Assembly (NCBI GenBank): GCA_035650735.1
Contig: DASRGZ010000098.1
Span: forward strand, 1-35,183
Direction of reading: 5' to 3'
Origin: Chthonomonadaceae bacterium
GTDB taxonomy: Bacteria; Armatimonadota; Chthonomonadetes; Chthonomonadales; Chthonomonadaceae
Length of the DNA stretch: 35,183 nucleotides
Shown here: in pieces, positions 28,377 through 35,183 of the stretch
Numbering within the stretch: position 1 is the first letter of the stretch
How the letters are laid out: each line of letters begins with the position of its first letter
The notes under the pieces: generated by a model
What the model saw: the letters and a program-made list of their open reading frames with translations, nothing else
Told to the model about the DNA's origin: nothing
The model's database searches: none
Program-made: the position numbers and the translations under genes

Positions 28377-28862
28377 TTACTTACGGATGCTATCTATGCG
28401 GTACTGAAGGACGCCGTTGGGCACGCGGATGTTGACGATATCCCCTACCTTCTTGCCGACCAGCGCCTCCCCAACCGGCGACGCATCCGAGATCAAATCA
28501 TTATCGGGGTCAGCCTCGATGGGGCCAACCAGCGTGAACTCCCATTCGTCATCCGTCTCCAGATTGGTCATCTTGACGATGGAGCCAATGCCGACATGGT
28601 CGGTAGGAATGTCGGTCGGGTCGAGCACATGGGCCACTTGCAGCACACGGCGCAGCTCCGCGATCTGGCCCTCTACCAGCGCCTGTTCGGTTTTGGCGTC
28701 TTCGTATTCCGCGTTCTCTGCGAGATCGCCAAATTGCTTGGAGTCGCGAATACGTTCGGCTACCTCCCGGCGCTGCACATTCCGCAGGTAGTCCAGGCGC
28801 TCCTCCAGCTTTGCGTGCCCGTTCGGCGTCAAAACGATCTCCACTTCCTGCGACATTCCCAT
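28377..28862 (-). CDS. greA: Transcription elongation factor GreA
   Basis: GDLAENAEYEDAK, IS..SPVGEAL; AGGAG RBS before ATG 28862 (or 28856). Confidence 0.96.
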   Translation of the reverse strand: MGMSQEVEIVLTPNGHAKLEERLDYLRNVQRREVAERIRDSKQFGDLAENAEYEDAKTEQALVEGQIAELRRVLQVAHVLDPTDIPTDHVGIGSIVKMTNLETDDEWEFTLVGPIEADPDNDLISDASPVGEALVGKKVGDIVNIRVPNGVLQYRIDSIRK

Positions 28863-29015
28863 CGTTCTCCTGTCCGTTTCCATTCCTCGGCGCACCCTCG
28901 CGCCTTCTCTAGACACAATACGAACGGCGCGCGCCCATTTGCGCCCGCTGCGATTGCGTCTGTTTTTCAGTCCAGCCTGCCCTGCGCGGGGCGCACCCTC
29001 TCGCATGAAAATGCC

Positions 29016-29059
29016 TCTCCCCTCCCCTGTTCTTGGGGGAGGGGTAAGGGGTAGGGGCC
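29016..29059. repeat. Family A variant palindrome
   Basis: CCCCTCCCCTGTTCTTGGGGGAGGGG core identical to that in 9894-9949. Confidence 0.75.
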
Positions 29060-29078
29060 TATTTTCACTCTAGTGTAT

Positions 29079-29116
29079 AACAAAAGCACCGAGGTCCAGC
29101 GCGGGCCTCAGTGCTT
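29079..29116 (-). terminator. Intrinsic terminator upstream of greA
   Basis: AAGCACTGAGG...CCTCGGTGCTT followed by TTGTT on the minus strand. Confidence 0.65.
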
Positions 29117-29149
29117 CATTCCAGCCGGTCGCACTCAATTATGCCGTAA

Positions 29150-29179
29150 AGGATAGCATAATTTCGCCTGGTTTGTCAA
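29150..29179 (-). promoter_or_regulatory. Putative sigma70 promoter oriented toward greA
   Basis: Minus strand TTGACA-18 nt-TATCCT with TG extension. Confidence 0.55.
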
Positions 29180-29195
29180 CCTAAGCGCCCTTTTG

Positions 29196-30575
29196 TTACA
29201 ACTCTTTCTGCCGGGCCGCCTCCGCTTGCGGCGTTTCCAGGCGCGTCAGCTTCCCGCCCGGCAGCAGGCGGAAGCGCTCGCCCCGCCAGACGATCTGATT
29301 ACCGCAGAAACTGGCGAGATAGAGCGTGAAACTCAGCAGATCGCTGATCGGCAGCAACGGCAGAAAGCGGGCGATGTTGGGATCCTGGGTGTAGAGGCAG
29401 GAGATGGCCAGAGCGGTAGCCAGGCGCACGCCCAGCACGCCGCCCCACACCGCCCAGCCGAACGGAGAAAAGCCCGCTGCGCAGAGGAACAGTGACGACA
29501 GGGCGAATCCATGCGTGACGAACGATCCGGCATAACCGGCAGGGCGGCAGGCGCGCACCGTCCGCGCCCAGCGCAGCCGCCGCGCCCACATCGGGCCGAA
29601 ACGTTCCTGCCCCAGAACGTCGTCTACGACGTAGTCGGAGAGGACCACCTCATAACCGGCCCGCTTTGCTCCCTCTCCCAGTCGAAAGTCGTCGGCCAGC
29701 TCGTCGCGAAGCGCATCGAAACCGCCTAGCTCTTCTAATATGGCGCGCGGAAGGAGGATAGTGGAACCGAACGCGAAGGCGACGCCCTCCAGCGCACGGC
29801 TGACCAGCGCGCTGGGAATGAAATCGGCCCCGATGCCCAGCGCCTCCAGTGCGGCGGCAAAGCTCCCGACCCGGCATCCCCGATAGGGGCACGTCACCAG
29901 CCCGACACCTAACCCCCCGGCCCCCTTCCCTTGTAGGGAAGGGGGTGACCCGGCTTCTCCCTCTCCCCTCCCCTCTTCTTGGGGGAGGGGACGGAGGTGG
30001 GGGCCTCTCCCCTCTCCCGCAGCGTGGGAGAGGGGAAGGGGGTGAGGGCCACAGACCGGGGGGTTAGGTCCCCTCTGAAACGGCGCGACGATACGGCGCA
30101 GGTAGTCAGGCCGGACGCGCATATCGCTGTCACAGAGCGCCAGCAATTCATGCTTTGCAGCAGGGAGCATAGCGGCCAGATTGCACACTTTGAGGTTGGG
30201 GCCGCATCGGGAAGCCGGACCGCCCGCGATAATGCCGATGTCGAGGTGCGGGAATTCGGCTTGCAGGCGGCGGGCCAGATCCAGGGCGGGATCGGCGGGA
30301 TCGAGGGCGCCGAAGAGAAGCTGATAGCGGTCGGCAGGATAGTCCAGGCGGCAGAAGCTGGCGAAGTTCTCGTACGCCTCTGCATCCACGTCGCGCACCG
30401 GTTTCAAGATCGTGACTGGCGGCGTCCAGGTCGGATCGAGCAGTCGGCGTGCCCGATGCCACCGCCGGGCCGCCCAGACCCCCAGAAACGCATAGGCGCA
30501 GTAGGCGGCCAGGCACAGCCCCAGCAGCGCGCGCAACGCTATCAGCAGCCCTCCTGCCCACCATGCGATGCTCAC
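29196..30575 (-). CDS. GT2 glycosyltransferase, HpnI/ceramide glucosyltransferase-like, carrying an in-frame palindromic insertion
   Basis: PPVTILKP, LDYP, GPNLKVCNL, DSD, VGLVTC.YRG, LADDFRLG, RRLRW; GTG start overlapping the upstream TGA. Confidence 0.85.
   Translation of the reverse strand: MSIAWWAGGLLIALRALLGLCLAAYCAYAFLGVWAARRWHRARRLLDPTWTPPVTILKPVRDVDAEAYENFASFCRLDYPADRYQLLFGALDPADPALDLARRLQAEFPHLDIGIIAGGPASRCGPNLKVCNLAAMLPAAKHELLALCDSDMRVRPDYLRRIVAPFQRGPNPPVCGPHPLPLSHAAGEGRGPHLRPLPQEEGRGEGEAGSPPSLQGKGAGGLGVGLVTCPYRGCRVGSFAAALEALGIGADFIPSALVSRALEGVAFAFGSTILLPRAILEELGGFDALRDELADDFRLGEGAKRAGYEVVLSDYVVDDVLGQERFGPMWARRLRWARTVRACRPAGYAGSFVTHGFALSSLFLCAAGFSPFGWAVWGGVLGVRLATALAISCLYTQDPNIARFLPLLPISDLLSFTLYLASFCGNQIVWRGERFRLLPGGKLTRLETPQAEAARQKEL
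29907..30069. mobile_element. MITE/REP-like composite palindromic element within the glycosyltransferase CDS
   Basis: Perfect 14-bp terminal inverted repeats ACCTAACCCCCCGG / CCGGGGGGTTAGGT enclosing three hairpins that also occur intergenically. Confidence 0.85.
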
Positions 30576-30961
30576 GGCCTGCGTCCAGGATCCCCCAGCC
30601 CGACGACGATGACGCCTAGCGTGATGATGAGCGCACCGATCCAGCGCGCCGGCGTCACCGCCTCGCCCAGGTAGAACTTCGCCAGGGTCGCGCCAAGCAA
30701 GTAGGAGAGCGCGGTCAAGGGCAGCACAAAGCTCAGATCCGCCCAGCGCAGGGCCAGCATATACAGCCCGAAGTAGGCCGTCATCAGCAGCATCCCGGCC
30801 AGCACATGCCAGTTGGTCAGCACGCCCCGTATCTGCGCCCACAGTTCGCCATGCACCGAATTAGACTGCTTCATGCCCTTAGACAGCAGCGCCTCCCCAA
30901 ACGAGACCGCCAGCACCGCTACCAGCATTATCAGCAACACTTTGAGCCTGTCTGTTGTCAC
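30572..30961 (-). CDS. EamA/DMT family small membrane protein (ArnE/F-like)
   Basis: Four hydrophobic segments, ALRWADLSFVLPLTALSY, LGEAVTPARWIG; GTG start after GGAGG. Confidence 0.85.
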   Translation of the reverse strand: MTTDRLKVLLIMLVAVLAVSFGEALLSKGMKQSNSVHGELWAQIRGVLTNWHVLAGMLLMTAYFGLYMLALRWADLSFVLPLTALSYLLGATLAKFYLGEAVTPARWIGALIITLGVIVVGLGDPGRRP

Positions 30962-31196
30962 TTTTCCTCCTGCGGCGCGTCCTATGACTCTATGGCTCTG
31001 CTCCCAGAGCAGGGCGACAGCGCACACTCACTCTTCCGGGATGCCTGATTTTACCCGACAACGGCCTGTTCTGCGGCGATGAGGTAAAAATCGAGAGCGA
31101 ATGCCCGCGATAGGGAGAGGATAGCGCACAGGATAGCCGTATAACCCGGTGAATAAAAACGCAAACGCCACCCTGTGGTGACAAAGGAGTTCCCGA

Positions 31197-31505
31197 ATGA
31201 AGCAATTTCTGCTATGGACCGGCGCGCTGCTTACGCTCGCCTCCGCCGCCCTGGCCGCGCCTCCCAAAGAGAAAGGCAAGAAGAACCCTACCACGCCCAC
31301 CACGATCAGTTGCGCGGTGATGAAGGGCGATATGGTTAACATCAAGCAAGCGACGGCGAAGCATATGTATGCCGATTATAAGGGCAACCGCTACTTCTTC
31401 TGCTGCGCGGCCTGCCCGACCGCCTTCAAGCAGAACCCGCAGAAGTACGCTAAGAACGCGCACATCCCCACGCCGAAGGCAGCCAAATCCAGCAAGAAGG
31501 GTTAA
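31197..31505 (+). CDS. Secreted YHS-domain protein
   Basis: Signal peptide ending ALA; CAVM...YKGNRYFFCCAACPTAFKQNPQKY; AAGGAG RBS. Confidence 0.85.
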   Translation: MKQFLLWTGALLTLASAALAAPPKEKGKKNPTTPTTISCAVMKGDMVNIKQATAKHMYADYKGNRYFFCCAACPTAFKQNPQKYAKNAHIPTPKAAKSSKKG

Positions 31506-31534
31506 TGCGCTGCATTTTGGCTTCCATTCCGGCT

Positions 31535-31754
31535 CTATAGCCCTCACCCCCTTCCCCTCTCCCACGCTGCGGGAGAGGGGAGACTTGGCTTCTGCTCTCC
31601 CCTCTCCCGCAGCGTGGCTCGCCAGGCGGAGGGCTGTGGCCAGGTGTGGCTAGGCGGAGGCAAGGGCCTCGCAAGGCAGAAGGCCCAACCATGGCAGTGG
31701 CGCGAACCGTTGAGCGCCGACCCTGGCAGTGGGAACAGGGGGTGAGGGCCATAG
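31535..31754. repeat. Large family A palindromic element with nested family C repeats
   Basis: Ends CTATAGCCCTCACCCC / GGGGTGAGGGCCATAG; CCCCTCTCCCACGCTGCGGGAGAGGGG hairpin shared with the 29907-30069 element. Confidence 0.8.
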
Positions 31755-31766
31755 AATGAGGGCAGG

Positions 31767-34502
31767 TTATCCCCCGAAGAGCCGCCAGCGCTCCTCCAGC
31801 CGGGCGCGCTTTTCCTGCCATTCGGCAAGCCGCTCGCGCTCCAGGGCCACGATCTCCGGCTTGGCGCGCTGGACGAAATTGGGGTTCTGAAGCTTGGTTT
31901 CGGCGCGCTCGATCTCCTTCGCTACTGCGGCCAGCTCCTTCTCAATGCGCTCCAGCTCCTTGCCCAGGTCCAGCGCCTCGCCGATCTCCAGGAACACCTC
32001 GCCGCCCGTGATCGGCGTGCCGACCCACTTGCCCGTCTGCCCTGACGGAGCCTGCTCCACCAGATCCAGCGCATTCAGGCGGGCCAGCGTTGCAATCAGG
32101 TCGGCATTGGCCGTCAGGGCCGCGCGCAGGTCCGGCTCCGCCGCCAGCACCGCGGCAGACAGGCGCGTGCTCGGCGCAATGCCGAGCTCGGCGCGCAGGT
32201 TTCGCAGCGCCCGTGTCGTCTCGATGGTAGCCGCCATCGCCGCCTCCGCCTCCGGGTCATTCCAGGCCGGATTCGGCTGCGGATAGGGCGCGAACAGGAT
32301 GCTCTCCCCTTCATGCGGCAGCGCCTGCCAGATCTCCTCCGTGATAAAGGGCGTGATCGGGTGCAGCAGGCGCAGCGTGGTTTCCAGCACGAATGCCAGC
32401 ATATTCTGCACCGTCTCCCGCTCCGCGCCTTCCGCACGCAGGCGCGGCTTGGCCATCTCCACGTACCAGTCGCAGAAGTCGTTCCAGAGGAACTGATAGA
32501 GGGCGCGCGTCGCGTCGTCCATGTCGTAGGACATCAGCCGCTCGTTGACCGTCTGGATGGTCTCATTCAGCCGCGACAGAATCCAGCGGTCGGTCACCGT
32601 GCGGGCGCCCTCCGGGGGAAGCTGCCCGGTCACCGTCTCGTCCAGGTTCATCAACACGAAGCGCGAGGCGTTCCAGAGCTTATTACAGAAATTGCCCGCT
32701 ACATCCGTGCGCTGCTCGCTGTACTTGATATCCTGATTCTTGCCCGCCTGCTGCATGAGCGAGAAGCGGGTGGCGTCCGCGCCGTACCTGTCAATCAGGT
32801 CTATCGGGTCAATGCCGTTGCCCTTGCTCTTGCTCATGCGCTGGCCGTGCTCGTCCAGCACCGTCGCGTGGATATACACATCGCGGAACGGGATAATGGC
32901 CCGCGTTTTCCCGTCAGGCTCGAGCAGGCCGTCGTTCTCCGACGTGGTAGCGGCGGGCCGCTTGATGAAGTCCAGCCCGGTCATGATCATGCGCGCCACC
33001 CACAGATACAGGATCTCCTGCGCGGTCGAGAGCAGATTGGTCGGGTAGAAGTACTCCAGATCGCGCGTCTGGCGGGGCCAGCCCAGCGTGGCGTGCGGCC
33101 AGAGCGCCGACGAGAACCAGGTATCCAGCACGTCCTCATCCTGCCACACGTTCTCCGTGCCGAGCGCGGCCACCGCCTCCTCGCGGCTGCGGGCGAAGGC
33201 GTGCCGCCTGGCGCCGCCCTCCTCCGTCCACCAGATGGGGATGCGATGCCCCCACCAGAGTTGGCGGCTGATGCACCAGGGCCGAATGTTCTCCATCCAG
33301 TGAAGATAGATGGCCTTGTAGCGCTCCGGAAGGATTCGGATCTTGTCCTGCTTGACGGCCTCGATGGCGGGCGCGGCGAGCGGCTTCACGTCCACGAACC
33401 ACTGCTCGGACAGCAGAGGCTCGATGATCTCGCCGGAACGGTCCGAGATGGGCGTCTGGATGCCATAGTCCTCAATCTTCTCCAGCAGGCCCAGCGCTTC
33501 CATGTCCTCGATGATCCGCTTGCGCGCCTCAAAGCGATCCAGGCCCGCATAGCGCGGCCCGGCAGCCTCCGTCATTTTGCCGTCCTTGCCGATGACCACC
33601 ACCTGCGGCAGATTGTGGCGCAGGCCGCACTCGAAGTCATCGAGGTCGTGGGCGGGCGTCACCTTCACCGCGCCGGAGCCGAACTCCGGCTTGGCGTAGT
33701 TGTCGGCGATGAGCGGGATGCGTCGCTCGGTCAGTGGCAGCCGGAGCATCTTGCCGAAAAGCGGCTTGTAACGCTCGTCGTTCGGGTTGGCTGCCACCGC
33801 CGTATCGCCCAGCATCGTCTCCGGGCGCGTGGTCGCGATGGTGATGTGGCCGCTATCGTCGGCGAAGGGATAGCGGAAGTGATAGAGCTTGCCGGGGCGG
33901 GTCTCCGTGATCACCTCGATATCGGAGACGGCGGACTGGTAGCGCACGTCCCAGTTGACCACGCGCGTTCCCCGGTAGATCAGGCCGCGCTCGTACCAAC
34001 TGCGGAACTCCTCCATAATGGCATCCACATAGGAGGGGTCCATCGTGAAGCGCACGCGCTCCCAGTCGTAAGAGCAGCCCAGCCGCTCGAACTGATGGTA
34101 AATCCGGGTTCCATACTGCTCACGCCACTGCCAGCACCGCTCGACAAATCGCTCACGGCCCAATTCCTGCCGCGTCAGTCCCTCCCTGGCCAACTCCTTC
34201 TCGACCACCGCCTGCGTGGCGATTCCGGCGTGGTCGGTGCCCGGCAGGCAGAGCGTGCAGTAGCCGCGCATACGGTGCCATCGCGTCATGGCGTCCAGGA
34301 TGGTGTTATTGAGCGCGTGACCCATATGCAGGCTGCCGGTGATGTTCGGGGGCGGAATGGTGATGCAGTACGGCTCGCGATCTGGGTCGGGCTCCTCATG
34401 GAAATAGCCCCGCTCCTTCCAGAGCCGATACCATTTGTCTTCCACCTCTTTAGGGTCATAGGCTTTCGCCAACTCCCTCTTTGCTATCTGCTCCGTTGCC
34501 AT
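31767..34502 (-). CDS. valS: Valine--tRNA ligase
   Basis: PPPNITGSLHMGHA, GTDHAGIATQ, WCISRQLWWGH, RMSKS, C-terminal coiled coil; GGAGGGAG RBS. Confidence 0.97.
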   Translation of the reverse strand: MATEQIAKRELAKAYDPKEVEDKWYRLWKERGYFHEEPDPDREPYCITIPPPNITGSLHMGHALNNTILDAMTRWHRMRGYCTLCLPGTDHAGIATQAVVEKELAREGLTRQELGRERFVERCWQWREQYGTRIYHQFERLGCSYDWERVRFTMDPSYVDAIMEEFRSWYERGLIYRGTRVVNWDVRYQSAVSDIEVITETRPGKLYHFRYPFADDSGHITIATTRPETMLGDTAVAANPNDERYKPLFGKMLRLPLTERRIPLIADNYAKPEFGSGAVKVTPAHDLDDFECGLRHNLPQVVVIGKDGKMTEAAGPRYAGLDRFEARKRIIEDMEALGLLEKIEDYGIQTPISDRSGEIIEPLLSEQWFVDVKPLAAPAIEAVKQDKIRILPERYKAIYLHWMENIRPWCISRQLWWGHRIPIWWTEEGGARRHAFARSREEAVAALGTENVWQDEDVLDTWFSSALWPHATLGWPRQTRDLEYFYPTNLLSTAQEILYLWVARMIMTGLDFIKRPAATTSENDGLLEPDGKTRAIIPFRDVYIHATVLDEHGQRMSKSKGNGIDPIDLIDRYGADATRFSLMQQAGKNQDIKYSEQRTDVAGNFCNKLWNASRFVLMNLDETVTGQLPPEGARTVTDRWILSRLNETIQTVNERLMSYDMDDATRALYQFLWNDFCDWYVEMAKPRLRAEGAERETVQNMLAFVLETTLRLLHPITPFITEEIWQALPHEGESILFAPYPQPNPAWNDPEAEAAMAATIETTRALRNLRAELGIAPSTRLSAAVLAAEPDLRAALTANADLIATLARLNALDLVEQAPSGQTGKWVGTPITGGEVFLEIGEALDLGKELERIEKELAAVAKEIERAETKLQNPNFVQRAKPEIVALERERLAEWQEKRARLEERWRLFGG

Positions 34503-34527
34503 AGTATCTCCCTCCAACCTCTCAAAA

Positions 34528-34852
34528 TCAAAAACGCCTGCGCCCTTTCCATCACTGGAAGGGCGCAGGCGCAACAACCCGCGTGGTACCACCTTCATTC
34601 CCGCGCACGCGCAAAGAGGGCGCGCACGGACACTCAAAACGCGATAACGGGCGTACCCGGCAAAACCTAAGGAGGAAGAGCATGGGCGGGGGGACGACAA
34701 GAGCGACTGCTCTTATTCATCTTTCATTCTTCCGCCTTCATCCTTCAGTATGCGGCTCCAGGGCGACGTTCGGCAGCGCATCGGTCAGGAGGCTCGCACC
34801 TTCCCCTCCCTCTCTGAGACGTATCGCCGCTTACTCTTCCCCTTCTTCGCCT
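34528..34852 (-). ncRNA. T-box riboswitch (Val) with terminator upstream of valS
   Basis: Minus strand: GA motif, AGTA, CAGAGAG..GGTGCGAG stem I, specifier GTC (Val) at 34765-34767, CCCGTTATC, T-box AAGGTGGTACCACG, terminator CGCCTGCGCCCTT..AAGGGCGCAGGCG-TTTTT. Confidence 0.92.
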
Positions 34853-34877
34853 GATTCAAAAATAAGTGCTTCGGTAC

Positions 34878-34906
34878 AGTATACCATATCCTTGCCTGAG
34901 GCGCAA
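34878..34906 (-). promoter_or_regulatory. Promoter for the T-box/valS transcript
   Basis: Minus strand TTGCGC-17 nt-TATACT with TG extension. Confidence 0.65.
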
Positions 34907-34930
34907 GGCGATGGTTGCCGATAATCAAGC

Positions 34931-35183
34931 TTACAGGGTCGGCTTCATCGCCCCAACAGGCCGCAGGCCATGCACCATCAGCCCCGCGCGGCCCAACGAT
35001 TGCCCGGCGATCTGCTTGTTCAGTGGGTCGCGATAACCCAGCCGCACCAGCCTCCGCCACCTATCCGTCCGGTTGATCTCCGAGCCGTGCACCGTGTAGA
35101 TGCTGAAGGCCACCACGTCCCCAGCTTTCGCCGGACAGGAAACGGCATCCTGCAAGCGGTACTTGTCGGTGGGCAGATGGGGC
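34931..35183 (-). CDS. Phytanoyl-CoA dioxygenase (PhyH) family protein, 3' part (runs off the window)
   Basis: AKAGDVVAFSIYTVHGSEINRTDRWRR matches the distal His/Arg motif of Fe(II)/2OG PhyH enzymes. Confidence 0.8.
   Translation of the reverse strand, partial: PHLPTDKYRLQDAVSCPAKAGDVVAFSIYTVHGSEINRTDRWRRLVRLGYRDPLNKQIAGQSLGRAGLMVHGLRPVGAMKPTL

Noticed and set aside
30576..30842. N-terminal extension of the glycosyltransferase in the ORF track (548 aa)
   Set aside because: Overlaps the EamA gene in another frame; the GTG at 30575 coupled to the EamA stop is the plausible start
32313..34670. 785-aa ORF antisense to valS, and similar long antisense ORFs (e.g. 11117-12745, 15704-17185, 3949-5049)
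   Set aside because: Shadow ORFs expected from high-GC codon bias opposite well-supported genes; no recognisable motifs
34503..34700. Extended valS N-terminus (977-aa ORF)
   Set aside because: This region is the T-box antiterminator/terminator; a strong RBS precedes ATG 34502

Overview
GC-rich bacterial chromosomal segment; gene style and repeat families tentatively suggest Armatimonadota or a similar Terrabacteria lineage (inference only). Left half is catabolic/accessory: MBL-fold hydrolase, aldo/keto reductase, a lower-GC island (RibD/DHFR-like and GNAT genes each with one in-frame stop, an attC-like site, and an antitoxin-PIN toxin pair with a frameshifted toxin), Gfo/Idh/MocA oxidoreductase, amidohydrolase plus Rieske protein, an Opp/Dpp-type ABC operon, and a CoxM/S/L-like molybdo-hydroxylase operon split by a second small island whose toxin is also frameshifted, then Uma2 and MoaD/ThiS. 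Right half is mostly housekeeping: a 1136-aa HhH(ComEA-like)-SEDS-transpeptidase fusion, secG, two tatA/B-family genes, a pfkB kinase, tRNA-Leu(CAG), comEA, pcm, lysS, greA, an HpnI-like glycosyltransferase, an EamA/DMT protein, a YHS protein, valS with a Val T-box, and the 3' end of a PhyH-family dioxygenase. Several REP/MITE-like palindrome families fill the intergenic spaces. Most notable: (1) the ComEA-like HhH-RodA-PBP triple fusion, (2) a 163-bp palindromic element with perfect 14-bp terminal inverted repeats lying in frame inside the glycosyltransferase, (3) a solitary attC-like site beside decaying cassette-like genes, (4) two TA modules that both have an intact antitoxin and a toxin broken by a -1 frameshift. 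All family calls are by motif recognition; no database search was run.
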